From Patescibacteria group bacterium (GTDB lineage Bacteria; Patescibacteriota; Saccharimonadia; Saccharimonadales; JAUPVS01), in the NCBI GenBank assembly GCA_030916945.1, contig JAUPVS010000004.1, positions 1 to 54,914 of the forward strand: 54,914 bases of DNA. The letters are read 5' to 3'. The position numbers were made by a program, and so were the translations under genes. Shown one piece after another: positions 8,442 to 15,562 of this stretch (the stretch's first letter is position 1; the number at the start of each line of letters is the position of its first letter). The notes below the pieces were generated by a model, which saw nothing but the letters and a program-made list of their open reading frames with translations, was not told the DNA's origin and did not search any database.

Positions 8442-9107
8442 ATGCCGTCTGACCCAGAAAGCGCCGAAAACTTTACTCCTAGCGAAGCCACCCTGTTAGC
8501 ATGGGAGGCCCAAGCCCACATGCTGGAGTATGCCAACTGCAAGCCAGGCAGTGTTCATGCCGAAGCGGCCAAACAACAGGCCAATCAGGCTTTTGGTGCC
8601 ATGGTAGCCGTCACCGAAGACTTTTTACACTCTTCGGCAAGGGTTCGTTCGCAGGGCACCGACGACGAGATTGCCGATATACTACAAGAAACCTACCTGC
8701 GCGCCTACAAGTACCTGCCTAAGTTCCGCGGTGATGCTCAAGTTGAAACTTGGCTTCATAAGATTATGTATCGCTGCGTAAGTACCTTTTACGACAAGAA
8801 GTCTCGGCTCCCCGACCCGGTTGAGCATGACAATGCAGTACTGGGCGAGTTGGCCGTTAGCGAAGCCCTAGATACCGACACTCTGGCTATAACCGACGGC
8901 ATGCATCAGGATCTTATAGACATGGTTGATTCGCTTTCGCCCACCCACCGGCGTGTCCTATATCTCCGCGTCTTCCAAGATTTGAGTAACGAACAGGCAG
9001 CTAAGATACTAGGTACAACCCAAGGTGCCGTTAAGACTAGGATGTGTCGGGCATTGGCCGCTTTTAGAGAGAATTTCCCCCACGCCCGAGACATTCTAGA
9101 AGAATAA
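8442..9107 (+). CDS. RNA polymerase sigma-70 family factor (ECF-like, regions 2 and 4)
   Basis: Region 2: ILQETYLRAYKYLPKFRGDAQVETWLHKIMYRC. Region 4 HTH: LSPTHRRVLYLRVFQDLSNEQAAKILGTTQGAVKTRMCRALAAF. Confidence 0.85.
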   Translation: MPSDPESAENFTPSEATLLAWEAQAHMLEYANCKPGSVHAEAAKQQANQAFGAMVAVTEDFLHSSARVRSQGTDDEIADILQETYLRAYKYLPKFRGDAQVETWLHKIMYRCVSTFYDKKSRLPDPVEHDNAVLGELAVSEALDTDTLAITDGMHQDLIDMVDSLSPTHRRVLYLRVFQDLSNEQAAKILGTTQGAVKTRMCRALAAFRENFPHARDILEE

Positions 9108-9109
9108 TC

Positions 9110-9138
9110 TTGACAAATTAGCAAGTTCGTGTATAATA
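9110..9138 (+). promoter_or_regulatory. Perfect consensus sigma70 promoter (TTGACA-17 nt-TATAAT)
   Basis: TTGACA at 9110-9115, exactly 17 nt of spacer, TATAAT at 9133-9138. It lies immediately after the sigma-factor stop codon. Confidence 0.7.
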
Positions 9139-9194
9139 CTTAGTGTTGTCATGACAAAACAAACAACAAAATAAAACACAGGAAACTACACACA

Positions 9195-9278
9195 ATGAAA
9201 TCACAACTCGCCTACGAGTTCGCCCAAACCCAAGATCAGGCAGTTTCACAATTTGACGATCTAATCTCATCTTTGTAA
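9195..9278 (+). CDS. Unannotated 27-aa acidic small ORF (MKSQLAYEFAQTQDQAVSQFDDLISSL); the transcript could instead be a small RNA
   Basis: ATG at 9195 with AGGAAA 10 nt upstream. It lies between the consensus promoter (9110-9138) and a strong terminator (9304-9336), and is too short for the ORF track. Confidence 0.45.
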   Translation: MKSQLAYEFAQTQDQAVSQFDDLISSL

Positions 9279-9303
9279 ACCTACTCGATCAAACTCCCAT
9301 AAA

Positions 9304-9336
9304 AGAGCCCTTCATGCGCAAAGGGTTCTTTTTATT
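9304..9336 (+). terminator. Intrinsic terminator
   Basis: AGAGCCCTT-8 nt loop-AAGGGTTCT (9-bp stem including one G-U) followed by TTTTATT. Confidence 0.75.
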
Positions 9337-9414
9337 GCCTAATGCCCTCCAGCTGGCTGGTCAACAGAGGCAAAACATGGTATATTCACTGCTGTCCATG
9401 TAACAAGTTTATAG

Positions 9415-9491
9415 GGCGGCGTAGCTCAGTTGGTTAGAGCACAGGACTCATAAGCCTGGGGTCACAAGTTCAAATCTTGTCGCCGCTACCA
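9415..9491 (+). tRNA. tRNA-Met (elongator, anticodon CAU), CCA encoded
   Basis: GGCGGCGTAGCTCAGTTGGTTAGAGCACAGGACTCATAAGCCTGGGGTCACAAGTTCAAATCTTGTCGCCGCTACCA. The D-arm, variable region and T-arm closely resemble E. coli elongator tRNA-Met. An extended -10 (TGgTATATT) lies about 40 nt upstream. Confidence 0.85.
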
Positions 9492-9547
9492 AACTTATTT
9501 GATATTGCTTGTGTTTAACTCCGTTTGGGGTAATAATAAACGGTATT

Positions 9548-10222
9548 ATGGATATGGATCTTAAACCCCCGTCTCAGCCCAAATATCAGCTTAAGGAAAC
9601 CCCTCCACCGACCACTACACCACCTGAACCTCAGATGGACGACCCTTTTAAAGTTGATCCGCCGCCACCCGAACTAACCGTACCTAAACCAAAGAAGAAA
9701 CGCAGCGGCAAAGCCAAAAAGGTTTTGCTGGTTGTTTTGGTGCTTGCACTGCTTGGAGCGGCCGGCTACGGTATTTACTACTGGCAACATCAGCAAGTCG
9801 ACAAACTAGCTAAAGAAAATCAGGCTCTAACCGCCCAACTAGCTGCCGCCAATAAAAAAGTTAGCGACGCTGAAGCCGAGAATGCCAAGCTTAGTGAAGA
9901 GGCCACACCGCCAACGGCTGATACTTTGGTAATTACGGCGGCCACGTCCGACTGCCAAGCCCAAGTTGATCCCGCCACTAAAAAGGCTTTGGTCTACACC
10001 CAAGGCACGCAAGGCGCTGACAAAAAGAAGGTGCTGTACTCGACCGATAAGACCTTTGCCAAGGTTAGCGCTACTTGCGCTGCCACAGCTAACGCCACCG
10101 AGCCAGCCACGCTGTACTACGCTAAACTAGCCGGTACTACCTGGACGATCATCTACGCCGACACCGCCGAGCCGGATGCCGAAGTAACCGCCCTCTATAC
10201 CATCCCAACTGAATTCAAATAA
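9548..10222 (+). CDS. Membrane-anchored hypothetical protein (Pro-rich N-terminus, TM, coiled coil, Cys-containing C-terminal domain)
   Basis: ORF counted from the ATG at 9548 (MDMDLKPP...). Basic stretch KKKRSGKAKK followed by the TM LLVVLVLALLGAAGYGIYYWQ. It is a paralogue of 11807-12442. Confidence 0.7.
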   Translation: MDMDLKPPSQPKYQLKETPPPTTTPPEPQMDDPFKVDPPPPELTVPKPKKKRSGKAKKVLLVVLVLALLGAAGYGIYYWQHQQVDKLAKENQALTAQLAAANKKVSDAEAENAKLSEEATPPTADTLVITAATSDCQAQVDPATKKALVYTQGTQGADKKKVLYSTDKTFAKVSATCAATANATEPATLYYAKLAGTTWTIIYADTAEPDAEVTALYTIPTEFK

Positions 10223-10223
10223 A

Positions 10224-10251
10224 AGAACCGGCTCTGGAAACCGGTTCTTTT
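10224..10251. terminator. Bidirectional intrinsic terminator between convergent genes
   Basis: AGAACCGG-loop-CCGGTTCT flanked by A-runs and T-runs on both sides. Confidence 0.7.
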
Positions 10252-10270
10252 GGTAGTTGCGAGATTCTGT

Positions 10271-10675
10271 TTAGGAATCTTCGCGTAGCTCACCACCATG
10301 AACGATCAATGCGTAAAGCACTAATACGTCAATGGCGATAGCGGCGAGTGACCAGACTGGATAAGCTGGAATAAACGCCATGCTAGTTAGCATCGACAGC
10401 GTAGTAACAATCACGGCTACAACGCGGCCAAACATGTGACCTGACAGTACCGAAAATCCAGCGAACAATAGAATCATCGCTAGAACTAGTTGACCCCAGC
10501 CCCAGGCAGTAAAGTTAAAGACTGCTAAGTGACTTTCGGTGACGACGTAGAATGAACTACGAGTCAGAGAGACGATACCCAGAAATGCCTCGAAAAATGC
10601 ACGTACTAGCAAAAGTATACCGGCAAAGTATACCCAGCCGACCCATCCAGATGGTTGTGTTGTTGGTTTAGCCAT
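10271..10675 (-). CDS. Small integral membrane protein (4 TM, function unknown)
   Basis: 134-aa ORF with four hydrophobic segments (WVGWVYFAGILLLV..., WGWGQLVLAMILLFAGF...). Confidence 0.7.
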   Translation of the reverse strand: MAKPTTQPSGWVGWVYFAGILLLVRAFFEAFLGIVSLTRSSFYVVTESHLAVFNFTAWGWGQLVLAMILLFAGFSVLSGHMFGRVVAVIVTTLSMLTSMAFIPAYPVWSLAAIAIDVLVLYALIVHGGELREDS

Positions 10676-10740
10676 AAGACCCCTCCTTAGTTGATACTTA
10701 AATCATCTCGCTTACTGGAAGTTTTGTCAAGGAAGTTGCC

Positions 10741-11055
10741 TTAACGCTTATGCTTTTCGGTACGTGCGGAGGCCCTGGCCTGCATCTTTTGGCCACGTTT
10801 CTTTACAAAGGCATTAATGAAGGCGCCAAAGATGGCAATGCCAACCAGTATATAAATCGTGGTAAACAGTTTGCCGGCATCGGTTTTGGGAGTAATGTCG
10901 CCGTAGCCCACGGTGGTTAGAGTAACAATGCAAAAGTAGTAGGCATCAACCCAACCCCACTTTTCGACAAAATGATAAAAGGCCATACCAACCCCCAGCA
11001 CAGCGAAAGTAATGGTTAGTAGTAGCCGGTACATGTAGCGATCAAGTGGGTTCAT
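10741..11055 (-). CDS. Minimal two-TM potassium channel (KcsA-like pore only)
   Basis: K+ selectivity filter TLTTVGYGDITP between two TM helices. 104 aa with no RCK domain. Confidence 0.85.
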   Translation of the reverse strand: MNPLDRYMYRLLLTITFAVLGVGMAFYHFVEKWGWVDAYYFCIVTLTTVGYGDITPKTDAGKLFTTIYILVGIAIFGAFINAFVKKRGQKMQARASARTEKHKR

Positions 11056-11069
11056 ATTGTCTCCTGTGA

Positions 11070-11522
11070 TTATTTATCTGTCTGACGATGCTGGAAAAAG
11101 TCCATCCAGGCCTGAAAGTTACGCTGGAAGGTCGATACCACAACTGTTGGCTGAGCGGCTTTGCTTTGCTCTTTGGACATATCAACCGTATTGGCCAGGG
11201 CCACCCGCTTAGGTACTAAAACTAGCTTCTCATTAGGGGCCGCCTTGCCGAACTGGCGTCGAGCGGCCAGCTCCAAAAACTGATTAGTGTTGTAATATTG
11301 GTTAGCTAACTTCTGGTTATTATTCTGAAGCTCCAGCACCTGGTTTTCCTGTTGAATAGCCGAGATTTCCTTCTGCAAGCCATAGTTAGTTTGAATAGCC
11401 GAGATCGTACTCCAGCTTACCAGCAGGGCAATACCAGCAAAGATCAAAAGCCCGACCACGCGCACATCTTGGAGCTGCTTAAAATAGGGATGATTTTGGA
11501 TATTTTTGATTTTACTGTTCAT
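11070..11522 (-). CDS. Septum formation initiator family protein (FtsB/DivIC-like)
   Basis: N-terminal TM, then coiled coil LQKEISAIQQENQVLELQNNNQKL, then ELAARRQFGKAAPNEKLV, typical of the family. Confidence 0.75.
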   Translation of the reverse strand: MNSKIKNIQNHPYFKQLQDVRVVGLLIFAGIALLVSWSTISAIQTNYGLQKEISAIQQENQVLELQNNNQKLANQYYNTNQFLELAARRQFGKAAPNEKLVLVPKRVALANTVDMSKEQSKAAQPTVVVSTFQRNFQAWMDFFQHRQTDK

Positions 11523-11591
11523 TAGCCTTTTTATTATACAATCCTTTGACCAAAATCTGCTATACTCACTCTGTTAATGTTGCACAACCAC

Positions 11592-11667
11592 GGGGGTGTA
11601 GCTCATCGGTCAGAGCAGGCGGCTCATAACCGCTTGGTAGATGGTTCAACTCCATCCACCCCCACCA
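11592..11667 (+). tRNA. tRNA-Ile2 (anticodon CAU, expected lysidine-modified), CCA encoded
   Basis: GGGGGTGTAGCTCATCGGTCAGAGCAGGCGGCTCATAACCGCTTGGTAGATGGTTCAACTCCATCCACCCCCACCA. The anticodon arm AGAGCAGGCGGCTCATAACCGCTTGGT is nearly identical to E. coli ileX (AGAGCAGGCGACTCATAATCGCTTGGT). Confidence 0.8.
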
Positions 11668-11680
11668 TTGAAAATGAAGG

Positions 11681-11706
11681 CCACCCGATAGGGTGGTTTT
11701 TATTTT
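11681..11706 (+). terminator. Intrinsic terminator after tRNA-Ile2
   Basis: CCACCC-gata-GGGTGG followed by TTTTTATTTT. Confidence 0.75.
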
Positions 11707-11744
11707 CAAGCATGGGTTGATGGGATGAACCAAGCTTTTGCGTC

Positions 11745-11758
11745 CCATCCACCCCCAC
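11745..11758 (+). repeat. Direct repeat of the tRNA-Ile2 3' end (CCATCCACCCCCAC) inside a pseudo T-arm
   Basis: 14/14 identity to 11652-11665. It is preceded by GATGGGA...TCCCATC, which mimics a T-stem joined to the acceptor 3' strand. Confidence 0.7.
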
Positions 11759-11806
11759 TGCAATTTGCTGTTCGTTCTTCCCCAATAATGCTAATGTATA
11801 GACATT

Positions 11807-12442
11807 ATGGATAATCAACAAAATATACCCCAACAAACGCAAGTAGATCAAAATACCAACTTAGCGCAGCCACAAGAACCAAAGCGCAAGAACAAGAAGA
11901 TTGTTCTAGTCTCACTTATAGTCGTACTAGCTTTAGTAGCATTCGGTGGTCTGTATTACTGGCAAAACAGTAAGAATCAAGATCTCCAGAAACAACTTGA
12001 TGCTAGTAAAGCCGAAGTCACTAAACTCCAGCAGCAAAGTAAAGCCGAGGAGACAACCGACACTGCTGCTCCCGAGACAACCAAAGCCCCAGATAGTAGC
12101 AATGCAGGTTTCCTCGTAATTCCTGAGTATGGCGTCAAGATAAAGTTAAGCGATGCTGATAAGGTTACCTATACGATTACAGGCACCCCGGGAGGTGCAG
12201 GTAATGCGGATAGTGTTCAGTCGTATGCAACAATAGATCTCAAGAATAATACACAGGGGAGCAAATGTGCCACAGTAGGCCTATCGATTACTCAGAGGAC
12301 GACCGGAAGCGGAACAAAAATTGGCACTTCGTACTATGGATTTGATGGTGGAGAACCACAAGCATGTGGCAACAGCCAAGAAGACGCCCTAAGAACAAAG
12401 ATTTATAACGAACTATTGGCAGCACAAATCGTGGCTAAGTAG
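11807..12442 (+). CDS. Membrane-anchored hypothetical protein, paralogue of 9548-10222
   Basis: Q/N-rich N-terminus, KRKNKK, then TM IVLVSLIVVLALVAFGGLYYWQ, then a coiled coil. Same architecture and same YYWQ junction as 9548-10222. Confidence 0.7.
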   Translation: MDNQQNIPQQTQVDQNTNLAQPQEPKRKNKKIVLVSLIVVLALVAFGGLYYWQNSKNQDLQKQLDASKAEVTKLQQQSKAEETTDTAAPETTKAPDSSNAGFLVIPEYGVKIKLSDADKVTYTITGTPGGAGNADSVQSYATIDLKNNTQGSKCATVGLSITQRTTGSGTKIGTSYYGFDGGEPQACGNSQEDALRTKIYNELLAAQIVAK

Positions 12443-12544
12443 TAGGTTCAAGGCCTTCATCTTATCGCCACCACATATCATGCTTGAGCTTACACCAGTT
12501 AACCCCTATACTAACTACCAATAGGTAACAGAGAGGGATAACGC

Positions 12545-13594
12545 ATGGCTAGACTACCAGTTCCGGGCAGCGATACGGGTACATGGGGCGCTGTACTCAA
12601 TGAGTTCTTGGGGGTAGCACATAATGGTGACGGGACGCTGAAGTCGATTACTTCGGCCACCGTCTCGGATTTTTCTGAAGCAGCAATTGACGCCGTTGGC
12701 GGTGCCATGACGGCTGGTCCGGGAGTTTCCTTAACAGTCGACGACAACGCCAATACCATAACTGTTGGTAACATCCGAACTACCAATGTGCAAACCGCCA
12801 GCTACACACTCGCGCTGACCGATGCCTTTAAAACTGTCCAATTTGATGCCGCAGGCAATGTTTTCCCCGTTCTCACGATTCCCACTAACGCCGTTATACC
12901 GTTTGCAATCGGCACCGTCGTTTATGTTACCCACCTAGCCGCTGCCCGCTACACAACCGTGACGGCAGCCGGCGGTGTTACTCTGCAAGCCCCCAGTGGA
13001 CTTTCAGTCGGCCCCAAGCAAACCTTAACCCTCCAAAAAACTGCCAGTGACACTTGGATTGTTACCAGTGCCATCAGCGCCAGCGACCCGGGCGTACTAC
13101 ACGAGGTGGGCGCCTTGCCACCCGGCTATTCGCACCTAGGCACTATTTCAACTCTCAGCCTAAATGGCCAGGTTTGGGTACCCTTCGAAATCCAAGCTCC
13201 CATGGCCATGCCATCCCTCGTAATACGCGTCACCACTGCAGTGCCTGCTTCGCAGTTCAGCGTCAGCATCTACCAATGCGATACTGCTTGGAACGCGTCG
13301 GCATTTATTGGCTCAATCATCAACCAAACAGCCGTCACTGGCCTGAACACCATTACACCACCGGCCACCACTCTACCACCGGGACGTTATAGCATAAAGC
13401 TAAGGTACTCCGATCTGTCGGCAATTGATATCCGTGCCATTAACTGTGCGCCACCGTTTGTTGACCCCAGTATTGGCGCCACTGCCGGTGTCCAAAAGTT
13501 AACTGGTAGTTCCGGCGGAAACGACTGGAATGCCGCCACCTTAGCCACGGGAGGATTCCAGCTCCCTTTCTTCTTCAGCCAACGGGCTCTGTAG
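12545..13594 (+). CDS. Hypothetical protein; the N-terminal motif is reminiscent of phage tail-fibre-like proteins (uncertain)
   Basis: 349-aa ORF with GAGAGGGA upstream. N-terminus MARLPVPGSDTGTWGAVLNEFLGVAHNGDGTLK. The rest is Thr/Ala/Val-rich and looks beta-rich. Confidence 0.7.
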   Translation: MARLPVPGSDTGTWGAVLNEFLGVAHNGDGTLKSITSATVSDFSEAAIDAVGGAMTAGPGVSLTVDDNANTITVGNIRTTNVQTASYTLALTDAFKTVQFDAAGNVFPVLTIPTNAVIPFAIGTVVYVTHLAAARYTTVTAAGGVTLQAPSGLSVGPKQTLTLQKTASDTWIVTSAISASDPGVLHEVGALPPGYSHLGTISTLSLNGQVWVPFEIQAPMAMPSLVIRVTTAVPASQFSVSIYQCDTAWNASAFIGSIINQTAVTGLNTITPPATTLPPGRYSIKLRYSDLSAIDIRAINCAPPFVDPSIGATAGVQKLTGSSGGNDWNAATLATGGFQLPFFFSQRAL

Positions 13595-13629
13595 CGCCAC
13601 CGCCGGATACTCCGCCGGACGTTCCATCA

Positions 13630-14571
13630 ATGCAGCTCGTTGGCTCGAACCCATTCGCGCTTACGCAACCTTCGGGTGCGCGTGGTATTCATACGCTTAT
13701 GCCCTTTGGCGGCAAGCTATACGCCGGCTTTGGCGACTGGATATCCAATACCGGTCCGGTTGAAATAACTTCCTGGAATGGTTCATCATGGACCAGTGAA
13801 TTCACGGCCAAGACGGAAAGTATCGTTCGCTACCGCGTATTAAACGGCAAGCTCTTTCTGCCATACATCGATCCCCGCACCAGCTATCATAATGACTTTG
13901 CTGTTCTTGAAGCGGGCGGCTGGACCGAGTATCGAACCGGACCAGGTCCTAACGAAGCCACTTTGCACACCTTTGACATGACCTACTTCGCCGGTCAATA
14001 CTGGGGAGCTGGCGCGGCCACCGATGACAATAAAGCCTCAGTCCACCGTAGCGCCGACTACACATCTGGTTCTTGGACACGATCAAGCTTTGGCACCCCG
14101 AACAGTGAAGATCGCATCTACACCATCTGGCAAGCTGATGGTAACTTGTACTGTCGCTTCTCGACCGGACCGGGCGTAGTTTTCCGCTGGAATGGTTCAG
14201 CCTGGGTCGACTCTGGCTTATCCAACACTAACGCCCCCGGCTGGAATACCGAAACTTTTGGAGCCAAGACCGCCTACACCAATGCCTTCAATGGTGGAAG
14301 CGCTGATAAAGTTCGTACCTTCGACAGTACCAATGGAGTCCAAACTTGGGATAACGCTGGTAATACCTACGCTCTGTGTGTCAGTGGCAGTTATGTTTAC
14401 GCCTTGGCTGATGCTGGTACCGCCTTCAAGCAAGTGCTACGATCCACCGACTTAGTCACCTGGACACCAATTGCCCTGCCACCGTCCGACTGTGAAAGTA
14501 TTGCTATCTGGAATAATGCCGTCTACGTTGGTACCACTAATGGCGCCATGTACAGCCACACTCTTAGTTAG
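13630..14571 (+). CDS. Hypothetical protein with beta-propeller-like repeats
   Basis: 313-aa ORF with recurring W-x-G-S-x-W and G-x-hydrophobic-Y blades (WNGSSWTSEF, WNGSAWVDSG, GNLYCRF, GSYVYAL, NAVYVGT). Confidence 0.7.
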   Translation: MQLVGSNPFALTQPSGARGIHTLMPFGGKLYAGFGDWISNTGPVEITSWNGSSWTSEFTAKTESIVRYRVLNGKLFLPYIDPRTSYHNDFAVLEAGGWTEYRTGPGPNEATLHTFDMTYFAGQYWGAGAATDDNKASVHRSADYTSGSWTRSSFGTPNSEDRIYTIWQADGNLYCRFSTGPGVVFRWNGSAWVDSGLSNTNAPGWNTETFGAKTAYTNAFNGGSADKVRTFDSTNGVQTWDNAGNTYALCVSGSYVYALADAGTAFKQVLRSTDLVTWTPIALPPSDCESIAIWNNAVYVGTTNGAMYSHTLS

Positions 14572-15133
14572 TTCGTGCTTTTTGCAGAGCCTTGGCCCAC
14601 CAAACCAAATTGTCCATTAGTTTCTCGGGGCTAGAGCCTCGTAAATTACCTTCGCTAAAGTTGCCTTCTTCATCAAACGCCCCCCAGACATCGATTACTT
14701 TCACCGAAGTATTTAGCAGAGGCACCATACCGATTTGGGACACCACTGGAACCAGGTGTTCAAGGGTGGCTGAACCACCCAAGGAACCGTAACCAACAAA
14801 GGCCACTGGCTTGCGCGCCCACTCGTTATACAAGTAGTCGATGGCGTTCTTTAAACTAGCTGGATAGCCATGGTTGTATTCGGGCGTAACAAAAACATAG
14901 CCATCGAACGAATCAATTAACTTGGACCACTTTTTGGTGTGCTCTTTTTGGTACTGTTGCGTCGAAGCCATGCCTGGTTCATCTAGAAACGGCAATTTAA
15001 CGTCGGCCAAATCAATTAATGTAAAGTCAACATTGGGCGTGTTAGAAACTTGGTCAGTGAACCAGTCGGCAATCCTACGACCAACCCGGGAAGGGCGGGT
15101 AGAACCAACAATTACAGCAATTTTTAAACTCAT
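14564..15133 (-). CDS. NADPH-dependent FMN reductase family oxidoreductase
   Basis: MSLKIAVIVGSTRPSRVGRRIADW and FVTPEYNHGYPASLKNAIDY are signatures of the FMN_red family. Confidence 0.85.
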   Translation of the reverse strand: MSLKIAVIVGSTRPSRVGRRIADWFTDQVSNTPNVDFTLIDLADVKLPFLDEPGMASTQQYQKEHTKKWSKLIDSFDGYVFVTPEYNHGYPASLKNAIDYLYNEWARKPVAFVGYGSLGGSATLEHLVPVVSQIGMVPLLNTSVKVIDVWGAFDEEGNFSEGNLRGSSPEKLMDNLVWWAKALQKARTN

Positions 15134-15176
15134 GGCAGCTTTAGCCTTTCTTTATTTAACATATCGCTATAAATTG

Positions 15177-15193
15177 TATAGTAACTTACTATA
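15177..15193. promoter_or_regulatory. Perfect 8-1-8 palindrome TATAGTAAcTTACTATA in the divergent intergenic region; candidate HxlR operator
   Basis: Read directly from the sequence. It lies between the divergent FMN reductase gene (start 15133) and the HxlR gene (start 15230). Confidence 0.5.
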
Positions 15194-15229
15194 CTTTGTA
15201 AAGTCTAAAGTGTGCGTTATACTGTTGGC

Positions 15230-15562
15230 ATGAATCCTGCCATCGAAAAACATCCGGGCTGTATCGAAAATACTTTAACTATCTTGGGCGACAAATGGAC
15301 GGCCCTGATTGTACGTGACCTCTCTGCCTCCAAAGCCCGTTTTGGCGACCTCGAAGCCTCATTGGCCGGCATCAGCCCGCGCACCCTTAGTCAGCGCCTC
15401 GACAAGTTAGAAAAAGAGCATATCGTGGTTAAACGCCTGTATTGCGAACGGCCACCACGTTACACCTACGAACTAACAAGCAAGGGGCTAGAGCTTCAAG
15501 AAATTCTAGTCAAGATGTCCGAGTGGGGCGACCGCCATAACTGCCAGAAGGGTATCGCGTAG
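15230..15562 (+). CDS. HxlR-family winged-helix transcriptional regulator
   Basis: LTILGDKWTALIVRDL...RFGDLEASLAGISPRTLSQRLDKLEKEHIVVKRLY...PPRYTYELTSKG. The ATG at 15230 is preferred over the GTG at 15212. Confidence 0.85.
   Translation: MNPAIEKHPGCIENTLTILGDKWTALIVRDLSASKARFGDLEASLAGISPRTLSQRLDKLEKEHIVVKRLYCERPPRYTYELTSKGLELQEILVKMSEWGDRHNCQKGIA

Noticed and set aside
8264-8542. 92-aa minus-strand ORF from the track
   Set aside because: It lies across the tRNA-fMet gene and its promoter and runs antisense to the sigma-factor start. The tRNA explains this sequence, so the ORF is spurious.
11566-11851. Two minus-strand ORFs (65 and 75 aa)
   Set aside because: They are antisense to tRNA-Ile2, its terminator and the tRNA-fragment repeat. 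They have no SD and a composition driven by the tRNA sequence.
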